In this document: piece after piece, positions 1-12,398 of the stretch
Numbering within the stretch: the stretch's first letter is position 1
Layout: the number at the start of each line of letters is the position of its first letter
From: Octopus vulgaris
Taxonomy: Eukaryota
DNA length: 64,000 nt
NCBI GenBank assembly: GCA_951406725.2
Contig: OX597832.1
Location: forward strand, 50,840,001-50,904,000
Direction of reading: 5' to 3'
Program-made: the position numbers and the translations under genes
Notes under the pieces: generated by a model
What the model was told of the DNA's origin: nothing
What the model saw: only the letters and a program-made list of their open reading frames with translations
The model's database searches: none

Positions 1-101
1 TCAGCGTTCCTGCCTTCAGTACATAACATATGTATGCATAAATACATGCATATATGCATACATAACTTTATATATACGTGCAGTCATGCCTAACTCCCCC
101 T

Positions 102-141
<40 letters not shown>

Positions 142-146
<5 letters not shown>

Positions 147-207
147 AGAGTTTACAAAAAAAATAAAAGACGAAGACAGGTGGTGTACAAAACAAACAGA
201 TGTATTA

Positions 208-212
<5 letters not shown>
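142..212 (-). mobile_element. Short end-fragment of a (TA)n-associated repeat, same family as 17068-17232
   Basis: Reverse complement of ~17162-17232 (tatactaatacatctgtttgtt...cacctgtcttcgtc...ctcccta); (TA)n runs on both sides. Confidence 0.7.
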
Positions 213-253
<41 letters not shown>

Positions 254-344
254 GCAACCATAAATACATACATATACATACACTCATACATGCATACGTA
301 CACATACATACACACATGCGTACATACATACATACATACATACA

Positions 345-377
<33 letters not shown>

Positions 378-682
378 GCAGGAATATTACATACACAGGC
401 GTTGTATGAGAATATATTATTCGTTTGCTAAAATAATGAATAAATTTGGCCCCTGATAATTGCTTTTTCATAATTTGAATCCTTATTGGGTCTCATCAAA
501 TTAAGATGTATTGCGAAATTACATGCCTTCTATTCACTTTATACTGTAAGAAAATATAACGGATTTATCGTCTGGTGTTGCGGGGGCGACGTATACATTT
601 CTGTACATATACATTCATGTCATAAAGACACACCAATACATATATGCTTACTTACCTGCACACACACACACCTACCTACCTA

Positions 683-957
<275 letters not shown>

Positions 958-963
958 TTTTTG

Positions 964-1150
964 CGGCGGCGAGCTGGAGAGATCGTTTGCACGCCAGGCA
1001 AAATGCTTCTCGGCATTTCGTCAGTCTTTACGTTCTAAATTCAAATTCCAGCGAAGTTGACTTTGCCTTTCATCCTTTCGATCTCGATAAAATATGTATC
1101 CTCCCCTCCCCACAAAATTCCAGGCCTTGTGCCAATAATAGAAATGATTA
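964..1150 (+). mobile_element. SINE group A (tRNA-derived), internally deleted, tail type 1
   Basis: Head ggcggcgagctgg, B-box-like ttcaaattcc, core gactttgcctttcatcctttcg, tail aattccaggccttgtgcc; many homologs in the window. Confidence 0.85.
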
Positions 1151-2040
1151 TCACTAATATTGCTGTTGTTAAGAACACGACTTTGAGCTAGCTTTATTTT
1201 TTTACCTTAAGAATTTCCCTTTCTTTCCTTATTAGTCTTTCGTATTTCGTTTGCAACAGAGTTCCAATGTCCACCGTCGCTGCCAACAACTCCATTTTTA
1301 GATATGAATGTGGGCGAAAGCAAGCATGCGTTGTTATGTCAGTGTACGCTAACAGCACACACAATGACAGTCGTCTATGTGTGTTCTATGGAGATGGTAG
1401 ATATCCTCTTCAATATAGAGCGTTGGTTGTTTGAAATCCTAATCGTGGGAAGGAAGTCTTGAAATCTCCCACACGAAAAAGAAATTGATGTACTAGAATG
1501 GATCCTGGCCAACTGCGGATGTGTGGGTAGTTTTTGTTGACCAAACTATTGAATAGCGCTAAAACAAATTCAACACAGCGAAGGCGACAAATGAAGTTAC
1601 CTGGTAAGAAACAAACATTCCACAACCGGAAGTGTTACGATGATAGATCTTGCGTTGGTTTTTGACAAACAATGCTCCGGTTGTTTAATCAACGGAAATA
1701 CTTAGTCATTGAATTACAGTGGAGGTGGTTGATTGTTCTGAGTACACTCTTGATATATTCCCCAGGCAGAATCAGCAAGAAACTATGTTTGATAAAAGAT
1801 CGCCCTTTGAATTAGCTGGCACAGCTCATCCGACGAGCTTTTTTATTTTCTTTTACGCTAATTTCTGTTTGCCTAGTTTCACTTTCAAGAATCGAGCCGA
1901 CTTGAGGGGGCTACGAAAGAAGGAACTTGCCCAAGGTCACACACACACATACATGGAGCGTATTACATGAATTAAGTGTATGTTGGTCATAGAACAGATG
2001 GACAGTCATTCTAATTGTCCCTCGAGACCAGCAATTTTAA

Positions 2041-2219
2041 GGGGAAGGTTTAATCGATTATATCTACCGGAGTACCCATCTGGTACTTATTTTATCGATC
2101 CCCGAAAAGATGAACGGCAAAGCCGACCATGGCAGAATTTTAACTCCGAATGTAAAGAACTGAGGAAAATGCCGCTAAGCATTTTGTCCGAGTGCTAAGG
2201 ATTTTACTAGCTCACCGAC
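2041..2219 (-). mobile_element. SINE group A, diverged copy
   Basis: Reverse complement of the group A core and head. Confidence 0.75.
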
Positions 2220-2246
2220 TTAACAACAACAACAACAACAACAACA

Positions 2247-2304
<58 letters not shown>

Positions 2305-2313
2305 TAATAATAA

Positions 2314-2692
2314 TGTTTTCTAATTGATGTATCAATACCAGCAGATGACAACGTTTCTCTAAAAGAAATGGAGAAACTTTCAAAATACAAAGACCTTGAA
2401 ATAGAGGTAACTCGAATGTGGAATCTAAAAACAGAAACAATTCCTGTCATAGTAAGCGCATTAGGTATGATAAAAAAAATATTCAGACAAATACATAACA
2501 AAAACACCAGGACTTACAAATATATATAACATACAGAAAACAGCACTACTGGGCACTGCACACATCCTACGCAAAACACTTTCAATACAGTAACCATAAG
2601 AGCATCACAGCAAACCACAGCACATACCCAAGGCACACAGAGCTGCGCTCGGTAGTGAAGTGAAAGCATGCTATAAAAGTAAAACTACTGAC
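2314..2692 (+). mobile_element. R4/Dong-clade non-LTR retrotransposon 3' end (RLE domain plus 3' UTR) inside (TAA)n
   Basis: Translates CFLIDVSIPADDNVSLKEMEKLSKYKDLEIEVTRMWNLKTETIPVIVSALG..(frameshift)..QKTALLGTAHILRKTLSIQ* (stop 2591-2593); (TAA)n on both flanks, the known Dong target. Confidence 0.88.
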
Positions 2693-2702
2693 TAATAATA
2701 GA

Positions 2703-3184
<482 letters not shown>

Positions 3185-3190
3185 TAATAA

Positions 3191-3711
3191 ACAAGTAACT
3201 GCAGAATATGTGGTGATGGAGAAGAAAGGATAAATCATATTGTCTCTGGCTCCCTGTTCTGGCTAAGAAAGAATATATTCACTGACACGACAGAGTTGGG
3301 ACCTTTATACACTGGAAGTTATGTCAACACTATGGAATAACAACAGGAAAAAGATGGCACATCCCAGGAAAGGTCACAGAAAATGAGAAAGCAACCATAC
3401 ACTGGGATATGCCAATACACAGAGAGAGAGAGAGAGAGAGTGAGAACAAATCCAGGCTAATAGGGATCACCAAGAAAAAAAATGCTTTCTAATCGATGTA
3501 TCAATACCAACAAATGACAACGTTTCTCTAAAGGAAACGGAGAAAATTTCAAAATGCAAAAAAACTGGAAATAGAGGTAACTTGAATGTGGAGCCTAAAA
3601 ACAAAAACAATTCCTATTATAGGAAGCGCATTAGGTATGATAAAAAAAATATTCAGACAAACACCAGGACTTACAAATATAATATAACATACAGAAAATT
3701 GCACTACTGGG
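3191..3711 (+). mobile_element. Degraded R4/Dong-clade fragment (CCHC knuckle plus RLE)
   Basis: CRICGDGEERINHIVSG..PVLAKKEYIH*HDRVG..TIHWDMPI..CFLIDVSIP; homologous to 2314-2550. Confidence 0.85.
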
Positions 3712-3839
3712 CGGTGGCGGTGGTAGTGATGATGATGATGTGAGACCTCTGACAGCAGACTGCTGTCCACTCTCACAGGATCTACCAGAACGAACCAGAC
3801 CGAGCATTCTGAGAAGTAAAACAATAAGTAATAATAATG

Positions 3840-5100
3840 ATTTCATTTATTTGCCACCAGAGTGGAGGGTGGGGGGACAATACAAAGTCAGACAGAAAAT
3901 GTAAAGATTTACATATAATGAAGTGATAAAATATAAAAAAAACAAGGTAAGTATAATCGGTATAGAATGAAAAGGAAAGGAATTATACATGGTATACAAA
4001 AAAAAAAAAAAAAGGGGTGATGATAGAGATGTAGACCTCCTGATACGGGATGACCTCTAAGGATAATCGAGGAATCCCACTGTGTAAGATCTCCCTGAAA
4101 ACCAAGAACAAGTGCCCCTTCCAATTCCCTTTCTCCAACTCACAGGACTACACTTAGAGAGGTACCATCCCCTCTTGCCATTTTCCCAACTTTCACCCAC
4201 CTTTCAATAACCTTACTTGAAGACAACACTTCCTTCTCTACCATCAATAACCTTACTTGAGGACAGCACTTCCCTCTCCACCCTCAATAAACTTACTCGA
4301 GGACAGCACTTCCCTCTCCACCATTAATAACCTAACAGCACTTCCCTCTCTACCATCAATAACCTTACTCGAGGACAGCACTTCCCTCTCCACCATTAAT
4401 AACCTAACAGCACTTCCCTCTCTACCATCAATAACCTTACTTGAGGACAGCACTTGTCTCTCTACCATCAATAACCTTACTAGAGGACAGTACTTCCTTC
4501 TCCACCATCAATAACCTTACTTGAGGACAGCACTTCCCTCTCCACCATCAATAACCTTACTTGAGGACAGCACCTCCCTCTACATCCTCAATTTTCTTTG
4601 GAAGTGAAACTTGAAAAAGTCAATGAGACCTCTACCAAAGAGGAAAGTATCTGTCCTCATACCTTTCAGCCTCTTTCGTCACAGCCACCAGGCAAAGGAA
4701 GACTGCTTTGCCTGTCTGATTAAAGGAGGGTGGCAGGGCAATTATCACCATGGACTCGACCGACAGACAGGGCCGTCCCACACGCAACAGCAGCTGTTCG
4801 ACATAACCCTACAAGTCAGCAATGTCCGGACACTGAACGAGTGCGTGCAAAACGGTTTCGTCACTCTGCGCACACGTCGACCAAGCCAATCTGACAACAC
4901 ATCCGTGCCTGTACAGTTTATCTTGAACCGATAGCGCCCCCACCACGGTAGCACTGCCAGGCCAAGGACATCTGAAAATTATCCATGATAGTACTCGACT
5001 GGAAAGTCCTCCGGAACAGACTAAACAGTTCATTTTCGTCGGTGCCCAGAATCTCCCCGAGAACACCATCGCACTTCCTCGCCACTAATCCTTTATAAAT
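3840..5100 (-). mobile_element. Tx1/L1-clade LINE 3' fragment (C-terminal zinc-knuckle region plus 3' UTR), frameshifted
   Basis: SLAWQCYRG..LSVQDKLYRHG..TCAQSDETVLHALVQCP, then ..VEKEVLSSSKVIERWVKVG..*; ends in aataaa-type signal near 3845. Confidence 0.7.
4205..4585. repeat. Minisatellite of ~10 units (40 bp, with two 32-bp variants) built from LINE coding sequence
   Basis: Unit caataaccttacttgaggacagcacttccctctc(c/t)accat at 4205,4245,4285,4325,4357,4397,4429,4469,4509,4549. Confidence 0.92.
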
Positions 5101-5139
5101 TTCTAAAGCAGAACATTCACCGATCAAAATTGCAATACT

Positions 5140-5345
5140 AGTTTCAAATTTTGGCACAAGGCCTGAAAGTTTGTAGGAGAGGACAAGTCGAGTATATTGA
5201 CCCCAGTATTCAACTGCTACCTATTTTATCGATCCCGAAAGGATGGAAGGCAAAGTCGACCTCGGCGGAATTTCAACACAAAACATAAAGCCGAAGGAAG
5301 TACTGCCAATTATTTTGTCCAAGTGCTAAGCGTTCTGCCAGCTCA
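5140..5345 (-). mobile_element. SINE group A, tail type 1
   Basis: Core cgaaaggatggaaggcaaagtcgacctcggcggaattt; tail ggcacaaggcctgaaa. Confidence 0.8.
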
Positions 5346-5358
5346 ATGCTTCACTTAT

Positions 5359-5424
<66 letters not shown>

Positions 5425-5990
5425 CCTTTCTACTATAAGCACAAGGCCTGAAAGTATGTGGGAGCGGGTAAGTCGATTACGTTGACCCTAGTACTTCACT
5501 GGTACTTATTTCATCGACCCCGCAAGTATGAGATGCAAAGTCAACCTCGGTGGAATTTAAACACGGAACGTAAAACGGAAAGAAATACCTATTTCTTTAC
5601 TAAACACAGAGAGTACAACCAAAGAAAGACAAAAGGATTAAGTCGATTACATCGACCCCAGTGCGTAACTGGTACTTAATTTATCGACCCCGAAAGGATG
5701 AAAGGCAAAGTCGACCTCGGCGGAATTTGAACCTAAAACGTAAAGACTGGCGAAATACCTGTTTCTTTACTACCCACGAGGGGCTAAACACAGAGAGGAC
5801 AAACAAGGACAGACAAACGGATTAAGTCGATTATATCGACCCCAGTGCGTAACTGGTACTTAATTTATCGATCCCGAAAGGATGAAAGGCAAAGTCGACC
5901 TCGGCGGAATTTAAACACGGAACGTAAAACGGAAAGAAATACCGCTAAGCGTTTGGTCTGAGCGCTAAGAAATCAGCCAGCTCACCGCCT
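5425..5990 (-). mobile_element. SINE group A nested array (head, three cores, two type-2 tails, one type-1 tail)
   Basis: Core repeated at ~5500, 5680 and 5860; head ends ctcaccgcc at 5989. Confidence 0.88.
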
Positions 5991-6885
5991 AACTAATAAT
6001 AAAAATAATAATAATAACGCCATGGATCGGATCTAGTCTGCATTAAAATTAGTTGCAGAATGAGGGAAGCGGGAGTGGCAGGATGTAATATAAATGGAAA
6101 AACTAAAAATTCTCTAATGAGACGGATAATACAAATTTACTGTCTTCATACGCAAACATTAAGGTTGCGAGTTTCATGACTGTTTAGTGTTATATTAGAA
6201 GTACAGGTACCACACTGCCTTATCGGTTAATGAGGTGTTTGCAACAGGGAGCCATTGCAACGTTACACATGGTACAAAACAGAACGAAACTTGGCGCTGG
6301 AACGCTGTTTGATGACAGAGTTGTCTCGTGCGGACTTCGCTCTCCCGCCGCCCCGGCAATAGGCTAGACAGTCGAACATGGAAGACTATATTAATAGCTT
6401 CCATGATTGCGATGCAAAAACTTAATATTAGATAGTGAGCGTTAGCGGAAACTGGAACCAGTCACCATGGTCAAACTATTTCCTGATTGCTGAAAGAAAC
6501 CTGATGTTAATAAAAAATACATAAATAAAAAAAAATGACAAAATAAAGCTGTAAATCGAGCGATAACGACATAATCATTAACACAACGTTATTCCCATGA
6601 TCCTCGGCTGTTATAAAACGGCAATAGCCGAAACCATTAAAAACCACTTCGTGTAGAAAAGATGGCCGAGACGGTCTGGAGACGTCGATCGAACTTGGAA
6701 TTTTATTGTTCCAAACAAAATATAAACGATTAATAAGGAAATATGAGAACGCTTTGATAAGATAAAGATAAAAAAAAAAAATACTAGAGAACAGTTGTGT
6801 TGTATCTTTAAAAGAAAACATGTTTTTTTTTTCTTTTTTGATATAAATGTTTGTTTTGGTGAATTTATATTATTAAATCAGTAGA

Positions 6886-7620
6886 TTTGTGGAAACGCTA
6901 AAGCGGCTGACAAAATACCTTGCGGTATTTAGTCGTGGATCTTTATGTTTTGAGTTCAAACTTCATCGAGGTCGACTTTGCCTTTCATTCTTTCGGGGTC
7001 GATTAAATAAGTACCAGTTATGCACTGGGGTCTATGTAATCGACTTAATCCGTTTGTCTGTCCTTGTTTGTCTCCTCTGTGTTTAGCCCCTTGTGGGTAG
7101 TAAAGAAATAGGTATTTAGTCCTAGATCTTTATGCTTTGAGTTCAAACTTCATCGAGGTCGACTTTGCCTTTCATCCGTTCGGGGTCGATAAATTAAGTA
7201 CCAGTTGCGTACTGGGGTCGATCTCATCGACTGCTCCCCCCTCCCCAACTCCCCCAAAATTTCAGGCCTTGTGCGTAGAGTAGAAAAGATTTGTGGAATC
7301 GCTAAAGCGGCTAACAAAATACCTTGTGGTATTTAGTCCTGGATCTTTACGCTCTGAGTTCAAATTCCATCGCGGTCGACTTTGCCTTTTATCCTTCCGC
7401 GGTCGATAAAATAAGTACCAGTTGAGCACTGGAGTTAATGTAATTGACTTAATCTCCCTCAAAGCTGCTGACAGTGAGCAAATTCAATAACAATTATACA
7501 GTTGATTGGCGGAATCGTTGGAGGTGGGCTGACAAAATACCTTGCGTGTTATTCAGTTCTGGGTCTTTACATTCTGAGTTCAAATATTATCGAGGTCCTT
7601 TTGGGGTCGGTAAAATTAAA
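6886..7620 (+). mobile_element. SINE group A array
   Basis: Four core or part-core copies; type-2 tail ~7044-7110; type-1 tail 7230-7290. Confidence 0.85.
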
Positions 7621-7779
7621 AAACAAAACAAAAAAGAAGTCAAATACTAGAGTCGATTCCATTGTTTAAATCCCTCCTTTGTATCTTTGAAGTGATTTTT
7701 ATTGTAATAGATTGATAGAGTCGTGGAAGCGTCTGATACGATACTGTGCTGTATTTGTGAGTTCAAAACAAAAATAAAT

Positions 7780-8485
7780 TTTGGTTTCAAATTTTGGTAC
7801 GAGGCCAGTAAGTTTGGGGGATGGGGTAAGTCGATTACATCGACCACCAGTACTCAATCGGTACTTATTTTATCGATCTCGAAAGGATGAAGGCAAAGCC
7901 GAACTCTGCAAAATTTGAACTCAGAACATAAAGACGGACGAAATGCCAGCTCACCCCCTTCAAAACAGAATGAAATATTCTTTCCTACTCTAGGCACAAG
8001 GCCCGAAATTTTTTGTGTGGTGGTGGTGGGGGGCAGTCGATTAGATCGATCCCAGTACGCAAATGGGACTCAGAACGTAAAGACAGACGATATACCTATT
8101 TCTTTACTATCCACAAGGGGACAAACTAGGACAGACAAACGGATTAAGTGGATTAAGTGTAACTGGTACTTATTTAATCGACCCCGAAAGGATGAAAGGC
8201 AAAGTCGACCTCGGCGGAATTTGAACTCAGAACGTAGCGGCAGACGAGATACCTACTTCTTTACTACCCACAAGGGGCTAAACACAGAGAGGACAAACAA
8301 GGACAGACAAACGGATTAAGTCGATTATATGACCCCAGTGCGTAACTGGTACTTATTTAATCGACCCCGAAAGGATGAAAGGCAAAGTCGACCTCGGCGG
8401 AATTTGAACTCAGAAGGTAGCTGCAGGCGAAATACCGCTAAGCATTTCGCCCGGCGTGCTAACATTTCTGCCAGCTCGCCGCCTT
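7780..8485 (-). mobile_element. SINE group A cluster including a young dimer
   Basis: Near-consensus head gccagctcgccgcc at 8470-8484; repeated core and type-2 tail. Confidence 0.88.
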
Positions 8486-8796
8486 AAACAGAATGAAATA
8501 TTAGCCATGCGAAATTGGTGAAGACTGGGTTTCTAGCTTCGTTTGTGCTATATCCATGTAATAATTGTTTCTAATTTAGGCACAAAACCAGCAAATTTGA
8601 AGAAAAGGAGATTAGTCAATTTCATCGAACCCAATATTTGATTAGTATTTTATTTTATCGACCGTTCGGCTGGATTTGAACAAAGAATGTAAAGGGCCGG
8701 CAGAAATACCGCAAGGCATTTTTCCCGATGCTCTAATGATGCTAGCAAACCCACCATCAAGTTGACACTAAATTTAGTGTCAGCTAAACTCTAGAA

Positions 8797-9025
8797 CAGT
8801 GGTTATCAACCATTTTTTGCCTATGGAACCCCTTTAGTTTCTATTTTACTCTATTGGACCTCCACAGTTATTTAATGTATAAATAAAAATCCTACTGTAT
8901 TTTTAAAATTAGAACAAAAAAATTGTATATTGTAGCAGTATAACTAATTTATTGCACGTAAATTTTAACAATAAAATCTTATATGGACGTCCAAGGGCCA
9001 TATGGACCTCAGTTGAGAACCATTG
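8797..9025. mobile_element. hAT/Charlie-like MITE
   Basis: TIRs cagtggttatcaac / gttgagaaccattg; left flank ctctagaa fits the NTCTAGAN target; relatives at 14574 and 20634-21521. Confidence 0.75.
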
Positions 9026-9057
9026 CTCTTTGATGTTAAATAAATATAATAAAAAAA

Positions 9058-9443
9058 GGATCTTTTCGGCTTGAACGGCAGTTTTTAACATAATTTCTAG
9101 GTAACTAAAAAATTTTAAACTTCTCTTGGCTTTATTGAGAAAATTCTATAGTTTGTAAGATATTTGTTGTTTTTTTCTTCAGTTTCTGCAATTTCAACCA
9201 ATCACTGACGTCTATTGAGGTAACAAAACATTCTGTGCCGTATGAATTGTCACTCGTTTAAGAAACAGATTGGGTTTATTTACATTTGTGAAGAAAAAAA
9301 AGATACCCTTCCCCCCACCCCTAACCCTAACCCTAACCCTAAAACAGATTGAAATGCAATAGATCGATACTAGGGTCATAATTATGGGTGACAATTTCAT
9401 ATGACACCGCTAGAAAAAACTGCCGTTCAAACCGAAAATATCC
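9058..9443. mobile_element. MITE with 29-bp TIRs and internal (CCCTAA)4
   Basis: ggatcttttcggcttgaacggcagttttt versus aaaaactgccgttcaaaccgaaaatatcc (2 mismatches). Confidence 0.88.
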
Positions 9444-9705
9444 AAATTGTATATTGTAGCATTATAACTGATTTATTGCACGTAAATTTTAACAATAAAA
9501 TCTTATATGGACGTCCAAGGGCCTCAGGTGAGAACCGTTGATCTAGGATATAAAATAAATATAATAAAAAAATTCTCCAGTCGTAGTAATAGGAGCAATA
9601 ATTGTATTTATACAATGTACTATAGGTCTCTGAAACATATATTGGTATAACGTCTCTCTCTCTCTCTCCTTCTCTCTCTCTCCTTCTCTCTCTCTCCCTC
9701 TCTCT

Positions 9706-9739
<34 letters not shown>

Positions 9740-10235
9740 GTGTGTGTATGTATGTATGTGTTTATGTATGTATGTAGGTAGGTAGACACACACCTTTTTT
9801 GAAGCCCACAAAATCTCGAACTGTCACTCAGAGTTTCACATTACCACTCGTGAAGATTCTTTTCGGCTTTAATAAAAAGCATATTACTCTACCTTTAGTA
9901 TCTGAGTACTATTTTTTCCACCTTGTTTTGCAATTATGTGCTTACCTGTATACATACATATGTATGCGCACACATACATAACTTGTAGTTCTTAACAATG
10001 TTATTGCTGTTTTGCCCTCATTAGGATCAGGCAGGTTTATATTGAAAGGCAATCCAGTTCTGACCACAACGCCTTTTCCCCAGGCCCAGTGCTCTTCCAA
10101 AACCACATTATCTAAGATATTCTAGCCGGTAGAGGTGATTTGATGAAGATTTGACTGCCGTTTTTAGCAGGTGGAATGGTTGCATTGAAATTCTCTCCCC
10201 TTTGTTGAAAAATGCTTCAGCACTTGGAACTCTTA

Positions 10236-10294
<59 letters not shown>

Positions 10295-10487
10295 ACATGT
10301 ACACAACACTCACCCATCCCAACACACATACATACTCAGTACTACTGGAATTGCCAGAATCATGTTGGTGGGAAACGCGTTTGAGGGCCCAGAAGAAGAT
10401 ACGCGGTTCCAGACCATTCTATCACAGGTTATTTTGGGACATCACTCGCTGCCGTTTACACACTTGTCCTATAAAAAAAAAAACTAG

Positions 10488-10790
10488 GGAGGCACAATGG
10501 CCCAGTGGTTAGGGCAGCGAACTCGCGGTCGGAGGATCGCGGTTTCGATTCCCAGACCGGGCGTTGTGTGTGTTTATTGAGCGAAAACACCTAAAAACTC
10601 CACAAGGCTCTGGCAGGGGGTGATGGCGACCCCTGTTGTACTCTTTTGCTACAACTTTCTCTCACTCTCTTTTTCTGTTTCTTGAGTAACGCTGAGATGG
10701 ACTGGCATCCCGTCCAGCTGGGGGGAACACATACGCCACAGAAACCGGGAAACCGGGTCCATGAGGCTGGCTAAGCTTGAAAAGAGCAAA
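10488..10790 (+). mobile_element. SINE group C (tRNA-derived), tail X
   Basis: A box tggcccagtgg, B box ggtttcgattcc; tail gatggactggcatcccgtccagctggg shared with group D. Confidence 0.88.
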
Positions 10791-10879
10791 AGAAAAAGAA
10801 GAAAATTAAATAGACGAATAAATAAATAAATATTCATCCTGTACTCTGATGACGTCTCTTACTTCTTGTATTAGTTGAT

Positions 10880-11065
10880 CATTTAGCCCCGGGTCATCAC
10901 AAATCGAGCAGACCTATGGTCCAGATCATTCGAACTTTGATCATCCAGTCTTTTTGCAAATCAAGGCCAACGTTGCGTCCTTCCAGCTTCAAGATGGTAG
11001 CGGGTCTAATTTGAAGCAAGTTGGTTGACATTTCTAGCAGGTCGTATGACCACCTAGAGGACCGT
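10880..11065 (+). repeat. Old dispersed repeat family (unclassified)
   Basis: tttagccccgg..cagacctatg..atttctagcaggtcg recurs, diverged, near 10030, 16620 (rc), 35200, 41520, 42200 and 42500. Confidence 0.55.
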
Positions 11066-11122
11066 CAGTGACTCGTTAATGTCTAGTGTAAGACCATTGT
11101 GGTAGTTTGTTCTTAGTTCTTT

Positions 11123-11137
11123 TGACGTCACTTCCGG
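11123..11137 (-). promoter_or_regulatory. Overlapping ETS-CRE composite motif CCGGAAGTGACGTCA (candidate)
   Basis: Exact 15-mer in non-repetitive-looking sequence; function unproven. Confidence 0.35.
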
Positions 11138-11495
11138 ATGTCTAACACTCGTCTGATTTTTGTTGCAATATTTCATTTATCTCGTTCAAGTATGACGAAT
11201 TAGTAAAATTAATTATTTTACTAGGCACTTCCTAATTAGAGATATTTATCAAAGAGTGTTTAGCTGCAATTATCCTAATGATGGGAAGACGGGAATATCC
11301 ATCTTCAAGAGAAGTTAAAATTGTTCGGTTTTTGCTTCTCAGTTGTTCTTCTTGTGGCCAACTCCGTTGGTCATTGGTTTTATTCTTCTCTCCTGTCTTA
11401 CTCGTGACCTTTTCGGATTTTCTTTAATTCGCTTCCCTTCGTTTTCGTCTATTTCTCTCTCTCCCTCTTTCTTCCTGACACACACACACACACAC

Positions 11496-11762
<267 letters not shown>

Positions 11763-11919
11763 TCACCCACTCCCTCTTCTCTTTCCCTTCTTGCCTCCTG
11801 CACCCTCTCTCTTTATACACACATACGCACACATATTTCTTTTGCATACAGTTACATGTATATCTGTAACTGGTGAGTTTATAAACTACATATGTTTATC
11901 ATACACAGTTACATAATAA

Positions 11920-12178
11920 TAAATAAATGCGCCCTTTTAAAGCCTAGCCAGCCTCATGCGCCCGGTTTCCCGGTTTCAATGACGTATGTGTTCCCCAGCT
12001 GGACGGGACGCCAGTCCATCGCAGCATTACTCATTTTTGCCAGTTGAGTGGACTGGAGCAACGTGAAATGAAGAAGTTTTGCTTGAGCAAACACAACGTG
12101 TCGCCCGGTCCAGGAATCGAAACCACAACCTTACGATCATGATGCTGACACCCTTTCCAACTAAGCCACGCGCCTCCA
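11920..12178 (-). mobile_element. SINE group D (tRNA head, CORE-like domain, tail X)
   Basis: rc reads ggaggcgcgtggcttagt..ggtttcgattcc..ttgctccagtccactcaactgg..aaatgagta..gcgatggactggcg. Confidence 0.85.
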
Positions 12179-12206
12179 CACACACACACACACGCACACA
12201 CACACA

Positions 12207-12280
<74 letters not shown>

Positions 12281-12336
12281 GAGAGAGAGAAAGAGACAGA
12301 CAGACAGACAGACTGACAGATAGCTAGCTAGCTAAT

Positions 12337-12398
<62 letters not shown>

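Noticed and set aside
4205-4585. CRISPR-like regular repeats (also 32591-32677)
   Set aside because: No unique spacers, no cas genes, eukaryotic context
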